DNA of 64,000 nt from Fidelibacterota bacterium (GCA_046735395.1 JBJKQR010000078.1:1-64000), one strand, 5' to 3'; counted from the stretch's first letter, positions 29,122-38,877 are shown. Made by a program: numbers and translations. Notes: generated from the sequence alone by a model not told the origin.

Positions 29122-30678
29122 ATGAATATTCTGCTTCTTCAGGCACCGGTCCGGGATTTCTATACGACCCGGGAACGGCATTATCCGCTGGGGCTTCTCA
29201 CCCTGGCTGCTGCAGTGAAGGATCTGCCCGTATCCGTGAAGATTCTGGATTTTCTCCACGACTCTCACCGGGAAATGCGGCCCCTGCCGACAGCATTCAA
29301 AGCGCTGGCTCCGCTGTTGACTTACGATAAGGGGCCCTTGAAAAGTTTTCATAATTATTTTCGCTTCGGGGCTTCCGACAAGGATATGCGCCGTGAGCTC
29401 TCTGCGGAGAAGGCGGATCTGATCGGGATTTCGGCAAATTTCTATACCTATATTCCCGACGTGCTGGACCTGGTCCGGCTCGTGAGGGAAATTCATCCGC
29501 ATGTCTGCATTGTGGTGGGTGGACAGGCTGTTACGCCCTTTCATAATCTGTTCAGCGGCAATCCGGATATTGATGTGCTGGTGGAAGGAGAGGGCGAAGC
29601 GCCCTTTCGGGATATAGTGCAGGAGATGCTGAAAACAGGAGCGCCGCATCGGTCGGATTCGAAACCCATACGGATGACGGCAGAAACTGAAAGTCCGCAG
29701 GACCGGCCCTTTCTGCTGCCGGAGTCGCGGCTGCTTCCGCCGGATGCCTATCAGGTCGCGGGCCGGAATACGATCATGATGACTCTCACCCGGGGCTGTC
29801 CCATGCCCTGCAGCTTCTGCACGATTCGGAAAACCTTCGGCCGTGTGCAGAGGAGGCTGCCGGTGCCGGAAGTGCTGGCCTTTATGGACCGGGAAGTGAA
29901 GCGGGGGATCACAGCCTTTGATATCGAAGATGATAATTTTACCTTCAACCGGAACTATGCTCACGAGTTTCTGGATGCTGTCCTGAACGGCTTTGGTGAA
30001 AAAAACCTGGACCTGTATGCGATGAATGGGATGGATGCCGCCACCCTCGATGCCGCGCTTCTGGTAAAAATGCAGCGTGCCGGGTTCAGAATGCTGAATC
30101 TGTCCATCGCCCTGAAAAGCGCTTCATCCTATCCTGAACTGCGGCGGCAGGCAGACAGTGACCATTTTGCCAGGATCTGTGATGAGGCCGGCCGGCTCGG
30201 CATGAAGACGGTGGCTTATTTTATCGCCGGGCTGCCGGATACGCATGCGGACGATGTGCTGCAGAGTATGCGATTTCTGGCCGAACTTCCGGTCATTCTC
30301 GGCATTTCACCCTTTTACTACATTCCCGGGATGGATCTGCAGCCGTCTCTCCGTCCCTCTGTTCCGGAGGAGGCCCGTCTCAGTCGCTTTTTTCCCTCCG
30401 ATCCGAGCTGGAGTGAAGCCTCGCTGATCACGCTGTTTCGTCTCAGCCGGCTGGTCAATGCCCTGAAACGGGAGCTGGAAATCCGAAATACGGATCAGCT
30501 GCCCTGGGCTGAGTTTCCGGGGTTTATAGGCCGGGACAGCCTGCTCGGGCGTATGATAGCGGAAAAAATCCTGCTGGGCATTGATTCGTCAGGAAAGACA
30601 TTTGTTTATACTTCTTATGAACCGACCCTCAGCGCGTTCTTCACAAGCATGGAAACAGCGCTTATCTCTAAAGGGTAG
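29122..30678 (+). CDS. Cobalamin-binding radical SAM protein
   Basis: YPLGL, IVVGG, GEGE, TRGCPMPCSFC (CxxxCxxC), EDDNF and FIAGLP motifs. Confidence 0.88.
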   Translation: MNILLLQAPVRDFYTTRERHYPLGLLTLAAAVKDLPVSVKILDFLHDSHREMRPLPTAFKALAPLLTYDKGPLKSFHNYFRFGASDKDMRRELSAEKADLIGISANFYTYIPDVLDLVRLVREIHPHVCIVVGGQAVTPFHNLFSGNPDIDVLVEGEGEAPFRDIVQEMLKTGAPHRSDSKPIRMTAETESPQDRPFLLPESRLLPPDAYQVAGRNTIMMTLTRGCPMPCSFCTIRKTFGRVQRRLPVPEVLAFMDREVKRGITAFDIEDDNFTFNRNYAHEFLDAVLNGFGEKNLDLYAMNGMDAATLDAALLVKMQRAGFRMLNLSIALKSASSYPELRRQADSDHFARICDEAGRLGMKTVAYFIAGLPDTHADDVLQSMRFLAELPVILGISPFYYIPGMDLQPSLRPSVPEEARLSRFFPSDPSWSEASLITLFRLSRLVNALKRELEIRNTDQLPWAEFPGFIGRDSLLGRMIAEKILLGIDSSGKTFVYTSYEPTLSAFFTSMETALISKG

Positions 30679-30704
30679 CATAGTTCATTATTTTATTCTA
30701 TATT

Positions 30705-30721
30705 CTAGACAGACTAGACAG
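30705..30721 (+). promoter_or_regulatory. Candidate TA autoregulatory operator (direct repeat CTAGACAG-A-CTAGACAG)
   Basis: Perfect 8-bp direct repeat just upstream of the antitoxin GGAGG SD. Confidence 0.55.
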
Positions 30722-30732
30722 TTGGAGGACGG

Positions 30733-30993
30733 ATGAAAAGTCTACCCAAGTTTTGGCAGCTTCAGGAGGCGAAAAATAAATTCAGTCAGGTGGTTGATAT
30801 GGCTGAGAATTACGGGCCGCAAATCGTGACCAAACACGGCCGGGAAAGCGTGGTCGTTTTGTCTGTAAAAGCATATCGAAAACTGCTGAAGCCGAAGCAG
30901 GATATTGCAAAATTCTTTCAGGAGTCTCCGCTGAAGGAATTGAATATTGAGATGGAACGGATACACGAACAACCGAGACGTATTGAATTGTGA
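30733..30993 (+). CDS. Phd/YefM-family antitoxin
   Basis: WQLQEAKNKFSQVV...GPQIVTKHG...VVLS..Y..L motif. Confidence 0.92.
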   Translation: MKSLPKFWQLQEAKNKFSQVVDMAENYGPQIVTKHGRESVVVLSVKAYRKLLKPKQDIAKFFQESPLKELNIEMERIHEQPRRIEL

Positions 30994-31409
30994 AATATTT
31001 ACTCGATACCTGCGTCATTTCCGAACTGACAAAAGCGTTTCCTTCCGAGAGAGTGGTCAAGTGGATCTCTGAGCTATCCGAAGAGGATCTTTTTCTGAGT
31101 GTATTTACGATTGGTGAAATTACGAAGGGTATCGGAAAACTGCCTCCGGGTCGTCGTCGAAACCTGTTGTCAGATTGGGTAAATAAAGAATTGTCAGACA
31201 GATTTGAAAACCGAGTTTTAGACTTTACATCTGAAATTTCTCAGGTATGGGGGAAAATACAGGCAGAAGCTGAACTGAAGGGAAAAACCTTATCCCTGAT
31301 TGACGGGTTAATTGCTTCAATTGCAATTTTTCACGGGATGGTTCTTGTAACGAGAAATATCACAGATTTTGAACAGAGCGGTGTCGAAATCATGAATCCC
31401 TGGGAATAA
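30990..31409 (+). CDS. vapC: VapC-family PIN-domain toxin
   Basis: YLLDTCVISE, TIGEI, D.LIA..A and LVTRN..DF...G....NPW motifs; GTGA overlap with the antitoxin. Confidence 0.93.
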   Translation: MKYLLDTCVISELTKAFPSERVVKWISELSEEDLFLSVFTIGEITKGIGKLPPGRRRNLLSDWVNKELSDRFENRVLDFTSEISQVWGKIQAEAELKGKTLSLIDGLIASIAIFHGMVLVTRNITDFEQSGVEIMNPWE

Positions 31410-31557
31410 TCTACAGCGAAATTAACGCTATGTCGGAACGAATAGCTAAATACCTGAAATAGTTTATTCAATTATCAACACACAGAAAGAAAATTTTTCC
31501 GAATTACTCAGGGTATGGGCCTTTCTCTCACCGAAACAAACCAGCGCAAATTCCCGC

Positions 31558-31586
31558 TTGATTAAATCTGTGATTACCGCTAATTT
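31558..31586 (+). promoter_or_regulatory. Putative sigma70-type promoter for the BMC-P/ACT/DUF711 operon
   Basis: TTGATT-17 bp-TAATTT, bracketed by the inverted repeat AGCGCAAATT/AATTTGCGCT. Confidence 0.55.
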
Positions 31587-31615
31587 GCGCTTCAAAACCA
31601 TAAGGAGCACAGGCT

Positions 31616-31918
31616 GTGTTTTTAGGAAAAGTCGTGGGAACCGTCTGGGCAACGAAGAAAGTGTCCACGGTGGACAACCTTCGCTTTCTGGTTGTTCATC
31701 CGCTCAATATCGACAAGGAGCCCAATACCAATGTGGTGGTGGTGGCCGATACGCTGGGCGCGGGTGTGGGGGAGACCGTCATGTGTGCCTACGGGCACGC
31801 CGCCCGTCAGGCCATAAAAACCGTAAATCCTGCGTCGCTGAGTATTGAAGCTGCCGTTATCGGAATTGTGGACCGGATTGATATCCGGAAAACGCCCGAA
31901 TCCGAAACGAAAAAATAA
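31616..31918 (+). CDS. EutN/CcmL-family bacterial microcompartment vertex protein (BMC-P)
   Basis: GKVVGTVWATKK, ADTLGAGVGETV, G.AAR and AAVIGIVD motifs; AAGGAG SD, GTG start. Confidence 0.92.
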   Translation: MFLGKVVGTVWATKKVSTVDNLRFLVVHPLNIDKEPNTNVVVVADTLGAGVGETVMCAYGHAARQAIKTVNPASLSIEAAVIGIVDRIDIRKTPESETKK

Positions 31919-31942
31919 CAGACTAAAATAAAAGGTGATTTC

Positions 31943-32398
31943 ATGGCAAATCCCGATGAAAAACTGATCAGGGAAATCGTTTCCATCATTAATGAAAGAC
32001 AGGGCGGAAACGTCAGCCGGGACGAGATGGTTACGATCGTGGCCACTGTCATCGATCAGCTCAACGGTAAAAAGGCGCCCCGCGACTATGGACATTTTAC
32101 ACCGTCCGATTCGGACAGCCAGTCGTCATCACGCTTCATTGTCTCCGTTTTTGGTGCGAACCGCCCCGGAATGGTGCATGGTATCACAGCGATCCTGGCC
32201 GAAATGAACTGCGATATTCTGGATATATCCCAGAAATTCGTGGAAAATCTCTTTTATATGATCCTGGTGGTGGATGGCGCACCCTCGCCGCATGATTTTC
32301 TGGAAATAAAAAACCGTCTTGTCCAGCGCGGGGAGGAAATGACCGCCAAGGTCTATGTCCAGAATGAAGATGTATTCAGATATGTTAACCGACTGTGA
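31943..32398 (+). CDS. ACT-domain protein (UPF0237-like) with a roughly 63-aa N-terminal extension
   Basis: VSVFGANRPGMV..IT.ILAE...DILDISQ..F.MIL.VD...Q.EDVF..VNRL; typical partner of DUF711. Confidence 0.85.
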   Translation: MANPDEKLIREIVSIINERQGGNVSRDEMVTIVATVIDQLNGKKAPRDYGHFTPSDSDSQSSSRFIVSVFGANRPGMVHGITAILAEMNCDILDISQKFVENLFYMILVVDGAPSPHDFLEIKNRLVQRGEEMTAKVYVQNEDVFRYVNRL

Positions 32399-32406
32399 GG
32401 ACTGAT

Positions 32407-33768
32407 ATGCCCTGGAGTTCCGAAGAAATACTGGAAACGCTGCGGATGACGGAGGTGGAGCACCTCGATATCCGGACGACGACAATGGGTATCAGTCTCC
32501 GAGGCTGTGCCGCCGATTCGCTGAAAGATACGCTGGCCAATACCTACGAACGGATCGTCCGTAACGCGGAAAAACTCATTCCCTCGGCAACGCGAGTGGA
32601 GAATGAACTGGGAATCCGCATCGCTAACAAACGGATTTCCATCACACCGGCTGCCATCGCCTTTGAAAAATTCGGAACAGAGGAAATGATCCGCATCGGT
32701 GAGACGCTGGATGCGGCCGCGGATGCGGTGGGCGTGGACTTTATCGCCGGCTTTTCGGCTCTGGTTCAGAAAAGCGCCACCACCGGCGACCGGAATCTGA
32801 TCGAAGCCATTCCTCACGCACTCAGCCGGACCAAGCATCTCTGCTCATCCGTAAATCTGGCCAGTACCAAAGCCGGAATGAATATGAACATGATCCTGAG
32901 GATGGGACATATTATCAAAAAAACGGCGGAACTTACCGCCGACCAGCATGGCCTGGGCTGCGCCAAACTGGTTGTCTTTGCCAATGCGGTGGATGATAAT
33001 CCCTTTGTAGCCGGAGCCTTTCACGGCGTGAGCGAGGGGGATGTGGTGCTTAATGTGGGTATCAGCGGCCCCGGAGTGGTTCTGGATATGGTGCGCCAGC
33101 ATCCGGATGTGTCCTTTAATGAATTGTATGACATTATCAAGAAAACATCCTTCCGCATCACACGTACCGGGGAACTCATCGGTTCGCGGGTTGCCAGCCT
33201 GCTGGGCGTGGACTTCGGCATCGTGGATCTGTCCCTGGCGCCCACGCCGGAGCCCGGAGATTCTGTGGGTGATATATTTATTGCCATGGGGCTGGCCGAT
33301 GTGGGAGCCCATGGAACCACTGCGGCGCTGGCCATGCTCAATGACGCCGTGAAAAAGGGCGGAATGATGGCGGCACGCAATCCCGGCGGCCTGTCCGGAG
33401 CGTTTATTCCCGTGTCGGAAGACCAGGCCATGATCCGTGCCGTAAAAAACGGAAATCTCACCCTCGACAAGCTGGAGGCCATGACTTCCGTCTGCTCGGT
33501 GGGCCTGGATATGGTGGCCGTGCCCGGGGATATTTCCGAAGAGATTCTGTCTGCGATCATCGCGGATGAGTGTGCCATCGGCATGGTCAATAACAAAACG
33601 ACGGCTGTCCGTATCATCCCGGTTCCGGGAAAAGTCGTGGGCGATATGGTGGATTACGGCGGCCTGCTCGGGTCTGCCCCCATCATGCCCTACCACAATC
33701 TTTCGGTTTCACCCTTTATCCGTCGGGGAGGACGTATCCCGCCGCCGGCCCACAGTCTGAAAAATTGA
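32407..33768 (+). CDS. PFL-like DUF711 (UPF0210) family protein
   Basis: LDIRTTTMGISL, NKRISITP, CAKLVVFANA..DNPF.AGAFHG, LEAMTSVCSVGLDM and GGRIP.P.HSLKN motifs. Confidence 0.92.
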   Translation: MPWSSEEILETLRMTEVEHLDIRTTTMGISLRGCAADSLKDTLANTYERIVRNAEKLIPSATRVENELGIRIANKRISITPAAIAFEKFGTEEMIRIGETLDAAADAVGVDFIAGFSALVQKSATTGDRNLIEAIPHALSRTKHLCSSVNLASTKAGMNMNMILRMGHIIKKTAELTADQHGLGCAKLVVFANAVDDNPFVAGAFHGVSEGDVVLNVGISGPGVVLDMVRQHPDVSFNELYDIIKKTSFRITRTGELIGSRVASLLGVDFGIVDLSLAPTPEPGDSVGDIFIAMGLADVGAHGTTAALAMLNDAVKKGGMMAARNPGGLSGAFIPVSEDQAMIRAVKNGNLTLDKLEAMTSVCSVGLDMVAVPGDISEEILSAIIADECAIGMVNNKTTAVRIIPVPGKVVGDMVDYGGLLGSAPIMPYHNLSVSPFIRRGGRIPPPAHSLKN

Positions 33769-33893
33769 TCTTTTGTTACGATTCATATTTTGAAATATTT
33801 GTAAATATGCAGGGCACAGGAAAGGGTGCAGACGCAGCTTCTGACAGGACTCCGGGTATTGCCGGTGTATGAGTCGCGGCTGTGAGGCTCAAC

Positions 33894-33922
33894 TTGACTT
33901 TAGTTTCTGTTTAATCTAAATT
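33894..33922 (+). promoter_or_regulatory. sigma70-type promoter for tig-clpP-clpX
   Basis: TTGACT-17 bp-TAAATT. Confidence 0.65.
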
Positions 33923-33948
33923 TGCAGGCTAAAAACAAGGAGCGCAGA

Positions 33949-35217
33949 TTGAAAACCGAAGTAAAGAACATTGATAAAACCAGACAGGAAATACAGGTCG
34001 TCATTGACTGGAGCGATATAGCCGGAGATTTTTCCGAATTTCTGAAAAAATTTGCCCGGGATGTACAGATTCCCGGATTCCGCAAAGGAAAGGTCCCCGT
34101 CTCCAGAGTGGAAAAAATGTATGGACGGAAACTTGAGCTGGAATTTTTTAATGATAAATTTTACGAATTTTACGGGAACGCCATTCGTGAGACGAAGGCG
34201 AAGCCGGTGAGCGATCCCTCCATCAGCAAGCTGGATATGAAGCGCGACGAAAAAATTGATTTTACGGTGGAATTCGATATTATTCCGGACTGGAACATGC
34301 CGGCTCTGGATAGCTCCATCGTCGTGGAGTCTGATAAATTTGTCGTGGACGATAAAAATATTGATGAATACCTTGAAGGCCTGAGAAAACAGCATGCGGA
34401 AGTTCAGCCTGCTGAGGCCGCGGAGATGGGTTCTCATCTCACTGCAAAAATTGAGGAACTGGATGATGCCGGTGAAGCGCTGCCGGATCGGACCATACCC
34501 GAGGGCCGTATCGTACTGGGTGAAGCGCCCATTGATGGTGACAACGCCGAAGCTCTGGTGGGTATCAGCTGTGGCGAATCCCGGGAAATCACCCTCACGG
34601 ATGTATCCGATGAAGGAAATAAACGGCATTACAAAATTACGCCGTCCGTCATTGAACGCCATATTCTGCCGGAACTGAATGACGAACTGGTTCAGACCGT
34701 CGATGCGGATATGGAATCTCTGGAACAGTACCGGGAAAAAGTCCGCAGCGATATGCAGGATTACTGGAATACGGAATCCGATAAAGCGCTGCAGATGGCC
34801 ATAATTGAAAAACTGGTCGGACTGGTCCCCGATCTATCCGTGCCGGAATCCATGGTGAATTCCTACCTGGATGATCTTCGGGCCGACAATGAAAAAGAGC
34901 AGAATACGCATATTGATGCGGAAAAATACCGTGAGGCCAATTATCCGGAAGGTGAAAAACGTCTGAAGTGGCAGTTTATCGCCAACGAGATCAAGGAAGC
35001 AGCCGGGATCTCCGCCACCGAGGACGATATCAATGCCCATGTGGAATCCATTGTTTCGAAGGTGGGGGAACAGAACCGGGATAATTTCCGCAATTACTAT
35101 CTGCAGACACCTCATGTCCTGGACAATATTCGCTATCAGGTTGAGAATGACAAGATTTTTGCCCATATTCGTGAACGGATTACGGTAAATTATAAAGAAA
35201 GCGGCATCAACGGATAG
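33949..35217 (+). CDS. tig: Trigger factor
   Basis: Ribosome-binding signature IPGFRKGKVP; position before clpP; TTG start after AAGGAG. Confidence 0.9.
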   Translation: MKTEVKNIDKTRQEIQVVIDWSDIAGDFSEFLKKFARDVQIPGFRKGKVPVSRVEKMYGRKLELEFFNDKFYEFYGNAIRETKAKPVSDPSISKLDMKRDEKIDFTVEFDIIPDWNMPALDSSIVVESDKFVVDDKNIDEYLEGLRKQHAEVQPAEAAEMGSHLTAKIEELDDAGEALPDRTIPEGRIVLGEAPIDGDNAEALVGISCGESREITLTDVSDEGNKRHYKITPSVIERHILPELNDELVQTVDADMESLEQYREKVRSDMQDYWNTESDKALQMAIIEKLVGLVPDLSVPESMVNSYLDDLRADNEKEQNTHIDAEKYREANYPEGEKRLKWQFIANEIKEAAGISATEDDINAHVESIVSKVGEQNRDNFRNYYLQTPHVLDNIRYQVENDKIFAHIRERITVNYKESGING

Positions 35218-35238
35218 CAGCGGAAAGGGAATCTGACT

Positions 35239-35823
35239 ATGTATGTACCCATGGTGATTGAGCAGACAGGCCGGATGGAACGGGCCTATGATATCTATTC
35301 CCGTCTGCTCAAGGAACGGATCATTTTTCTGGGTTCGGCCATTGATGACAATGTGGCCTCCGTCGTTATCGCCCAGTTGCTTTTTCTGGAGGCGGATGAC
35401 ACGGAAAAGGATATCGCCCTCTATATCAACAGTCCGGGAGGATCGGTGACCGCAGGCCTGGCCATCTATGATACGATGAATTATATCAAACCGGACATCT
35501 CCACGATCTGTATCGGACAGGCGGCCTCCATGGGCGCTTTTCTGCTGGCTGCCGGCGCGGAGAATAAACGTTTTGCTCTGCCTAATTCCCGCATCATGAT
35601 CCATCAGCCGCTGGGCGGTGTGCAGGGACAGGCCAGTGATATTGAAATTCATGCCCGTGAAATTCTGGTCATCAAGGATAAGCTGAACCGGATCCTGGCC
35701 AAACGCACCGGGCAGAATCTGAAAAAAATTGAAAAGGATACGGATCGGAATTTCTTCCTGGACAGTCAGGAGGCTAAGGATTACGGCCTTATCGATCATA
35801 TCCTGGAAAAAAGGAAATCATGA
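35239..35823 (+). CDS. clpP: ATP-dependent Clp protease proteolytic subunit
   Basis: [28 protein letters not shown] and MIHQP motifs. Confidence 0.98.
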   Translation: MYVPMVIEQTGRMERAYDIYSRLLKERIIFLGSAIDDNVASVVIAQLLFLEADDTEKDIALYINSPGGSVTAGLAIYDTMNYIKPDISTICIGQAASMGAFLLAAGAENKRFALPNSRIMIHQPLGGVQGQASDIEIHAREILVIKDKLNRILAKRTGQNLKKIEKDTDRNFFLDSQEAKDYGLIDHILEKRKS

Positions 35824-37076
35824 GCACGACAAAAAATAAAAGTTCCCGGACCTGTTCCTTCTGCGGTCGGCCTGAGCGGGAAGTGAATGCCATTGTTCAG
35901 GGTTACAGCGCCCTTATCTGTGATCAGTGCGCGCTGACTGCCATGGAAATCATGCAGGAGGACCTGAAGAAGGAATTCAATTCCAACCTGGGAAGCGTGC
36001 CGACGCCCAAGGAAATCAAGTCGGAACTGGATGAATATGTCATCGGCCAGGATATGGCGAAAAAAGTCATGTCGGTTGCCGTCTATAATCATTACCGCCG
36101 CATTTCAAATATGGACAAATCGGAAGATGATGTAGACTTAGAAAAATCCAATATTCTGTTCATCGGGCCGACAGGAACCGGCAAAACCCTGCTGGCACAG
36201 ACGCTCGCACGCCTTCTGCAGGTTCCCTTTGCCATCGCCGATGCCACCGTTCTCACCGAGGCCGGATATGTGGGTGAGGATGTGGAAAATATCCTGGTCC
36301 GTCTGCTGCAGTCTGCGGATTATAATGTGGAAGCCGCCGAACGGGGCATTATTTATATTGATGAGATTGACAAAATCTCCCGCAAGTCCGGAAATCCGTC
36401 CATCACCCGCGATGTGAGCGGCGAGGGAGTGCAGCAGGCCATTCTGAAAATTCTGGAAGGTACTGTCTCTGCGGTTCCGCCCAAGGGCGGGCGGAAACAT
36501 CCCGAAGCCAATATGGTTCACATCAATACCCGAAATATTCTCTTCATCGTCGGCGGGGCCTTCGAAGGCATCGAGGAAATCATTGCCCGCCGTATCGGGA
36601 AAAAGGAAATCGGTTTCGGTGAAAAGCTACAGAACAGCCGCAAACTCAGCAAGGATGAAATCTTTTCACAGGTTCAGCCTGAGGATCTGCTGCAGTACGG
36701 ATTCATACCCGAACTCATCGGCCGTCTGCCTGTGATCACCACGCTGAAGGAACTGGATGAGGCGGCCATGCTGTCCATCCTGACCGATCCGAAGAATGCG
36801 CTGGTTAAACAGTATATTAAAATTCTGAAGTTAGAAAATATAGAGCTGGAATTTGAAGAGGAGACGCTGAAGGCTGTGGTAAAGCTGGCCCTGAAGCGGA
36901 AGACCGGCGCCCGCGGGCTGCGCTCCATCATGGAATCCGTGATGCTGGATGTCATGTACACGGTGCCCGGAATCCGCAACTGCAGTAAAATCATTATCAC
37001 GCCGAAGTCTCTTGAAGATCCCGCAGCCTATGTCATGATCCGCAGCGGGAAGGAAAAGGATAAAAAAGCGTCCTGA
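35820..37076 (+). CDS. clpX: ATP-dependent Clp protease ATP-binding subunit
   Basis: CSFCG zinc domain, [28 protein letters not shown] and IGF motifs. Confidence 0.98.
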   Translation: MSTTKNKSSRTCSFCGRPEREVNAIVQGYSALICDQCALTAMEIMQEDLKKEFNSNLGSVPTPKEIKSELDEYVIGQDMAKKVMSVAVYNHYRRISNMDKSEDDVDLEKSNILFIGPTGTGKTLLAQTLARLLQVPFAIADATVLTEAGYVGEDVENILVRLLQSADYNVEAAERGIIYIDEIDKISRKSGNPSITRDVSGEGVQQAILKILEGTVSAVPPKGGRKHPEANMVHINTRNILFIVGGAFEGIEEIIARRIGKKEIGFGEKLQNSRKLSKDEIFSQVQPEDLLQYGFIPELIGRLPVITTLKELDEAAMLSILTDPKNALVKQYIKILKLENIELEFEEETLKAVVKLALKRKTGARGLRSIMESVMLDVMYTVPGIRNCSKIIITPKSLEDPAAYVMIRSGKEKDKKAS

Positions 37077-37081
37077 TCCGT

Positions 37082-38437
37082 TCAGTCCGTTAGCATGGAC
37101 TCCCAGTCCTCGTTGTGAATTTCTCCGTTTTTTGTGCTGTGTATCAGTTCGAAATTATTTAATTGCTGCAGGTCGGCAAATATAAATTTTACACCGCCTT
37201 CGAGTTTATCATAGTACCATATTTCATGGGGTTTTCCTTCGGATGTACTGCTGTAGTACTGTATATCACTGGGAAAACCATATTTAATCAGGGTACGGCC
37301 GCGATCTGAAATGGAGCCGGTCTGGAACATGGTTGTGAAGTGGCGGTTTGCATAGGCAATACGTTTTTCCATCATGTTCCGGTAAAGGAGTGCATTTGTT
37401 CCGGCCTCATTTGCTTTCTTTTCCCAGAAAATCGTCAGAAACTGTCGTTTACCGTCAACAGGGCTGCCCTTATATGTTCGGGAATCCTCCTTTGAAATGA
37501 GAACTGAAATATCCTTGAAGACAGAGTCGAGTTGTTCCTCCGTAAATCCGGAATATCCATCAGATATGATGTCCTTCGGGTTCAGGGTGCCGGCGTGGCC
37601 GGATACAAAGAATTTCTTTATTGATTCTGCTTCCTGGCCGGATTCATCGGTTACTTTTACGACAAACTGATAGATCCCGTTGGTCAGGGTGCTGATGTCA
37701 TACTCATTCAGGAAGACATCGCGGGCATTTTCGGAGGTTAAATCGGTTTTATCGAAGGTTGTGATGGGTTCACCATTGAGATTTGTAATACGTGGCGTTA
37801 TGCTGTAATCAGCCTGACGGCCCTTTCCTTTAATATTATATATTTCAAGAAGCAGCTGAAGGTGATTGGGTGTTGTGTCAAATACATTATTAACTTTGGG
37901 AATCACATCGAGATTGCCGTACTTGCTGAAAATGCTGTGCCGGTTCTGCTCGTAGACAAAGGACAGAAATTCCTGGGAACTGAGAAGCAGATCATTTCCG
38001 CTCAAATCCGGGATAACCGTATTTAGTTCGCTTTTTCCGAGGATGACGTTCTTAGTATTGAACAGTGTCAGTTTTATCTGGTAGTCCCCGGGTTCGAGTG
38101 TGAGGTTAGCCTGGTAGGGCTTGAATCTGCCGCTGTTCAGAAAATCGGGGTTTGCGCAGCTGTCGCTGAGATCATCATAATCCGTGAAGATATTCTGGCC
38201 GTCGTAATAAAGCTGTATCATCAGGCTGAAACGGCTTTTCCAGATATTGTTATCCTTTTCCCATGTCAGGTCTGCGCGGGGAATGAGCAGATATAATTCC
38301 AGCCTGCTCAGGCCGTCATCTGCTTTAAATACGGCATAATCACTATCGAATGGCTTGGCAGGTTGCACTGTCTGGCTGAAAAGGATTCCAGCAAGGCTAA
38401 TTAGTAAAATTACTGTACTTATTCTTGTTTTACTCAT
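37082..38437 (-). CDS. Exported GWxTD-domain protein (degenerate motif)
   Basis: Signal peptide; F..FW...RIAYAN..F....GSISDRGR..IKYG.P...HEIWYY...FIF.D. Confidence 0.8.
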   Translation of the reverse strand: MSKTRISTVILLISLAGILFSQTVQPAKPFDSDYAVFKADDGLSRLELYLLIPRADLTWEKDNNIWKSRFSLMIQLYYDGQNIFTDYDDLSDSCANPDFLNSGRFKPYQANLTLEPGDYQIKLTLFNTKNVILGKSELNTVIPDLSGNDLLLSSQEFLSFVYEQNRHSIFSKYGNLDVIPKVNNVFDTTPNHLQLLLEIYNIKGKGRQADYSITPRITNLNGEPITTFDKTDLTSENARDVFLNEYDISTLTNGIYQFVVKVTDESGQEAESIKKFFVSGHAGTLNPKDIISDGYSGFTEEQLDSVFKDISVLISKEDSRTYKGSPVDGKRQFLTIFWEKKANEAGTNALLYRNMMEKRIAYANRHFTTMFQTGSISDRGRTLIKYGFPSDIQYYSSTSEGKPHEIWYYDKLEGGVKFIFADLQQLNNFELIHSTKNGEIHNEDWESMLTD

Positions 38438-38700
38438 GAATCCGGCCTTCTTTTTTCTTTTGGAAATATAGGTAATTTTATTGCCGATTTGGTAGTACAT
38501 CCTCTGCTTGGATTATGATTATTATTTTTGATAAAAAGCTTTTCATTTGTGAGATAAATATTAGATCGGAAATATGGGTAAAATATTTAATAATTAAAGT
38601 ATTAATGATAGTAATAATTAATATATTAACAATTAATTATAATATAATATGATATTTGAATTGGTTTTGGAAATATTAAGCAAAATTCGCTAAAAAAAAC

Positions 38701-38729
38701 TTTACTATCCATGTTTTTTTTATTAGCTT
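38701..38729 (+). promoter_or_regulatory. Putative promoter of the TBDR operon
   Basis: TTTACT-17 bp-TAGCTT downstream of a very AT-rich tract; implies a 5' leader of about 140 nt. Confidence 0.35.
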
Positions 38730-38877
38730 TCTTGCGGCAAGAAGGGGAATATGCCATAAAGAGATTAATGAGAAATATAAAAGTGTGTGAAGGCAACCCA
38801 ACTATAGGTGCTCGGATAACCCTGTTTCTCTGATTGATCATTGCCAAATAGGAAATATTTTTATCTAGGAGGAGGAT

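Noticed and set aside
28648..29964. 438-aa minus-strand ORF, and similar long antisense ORFs at 21715-22788, 34834-35799, 32845-33696 and 56402-57229
   Set aside because: They lie opposite well-supported genes and show no protein motifs; shadow ORFs
33800..33890. GC-rich intergenic stretch with AGGGCA..GAAAG..GACGCA, loosely like a c-di-GMP-I riboswitch, plus a GACTC/GAGTC stem
   Set aside because: The stem around GAAA does not pair, the GCAAA elements are missing, and it lies upstream of the predicted tig promoter; an Infernal/Rfam scan would be needed
38500..38700. AT-rich tract as an oriC or CRISPR leader
   Set aside because: No DnaA-box cluster, no repeat-spacer array and no cas genes; best explained as a divergent promoter region
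38730..38877. Possible cobalamin or other riboswitch in the TBDR leader
   Set aside because: No B12 box or other recognisable aptamer consensus; only a short GGCAA/TTGCC complement
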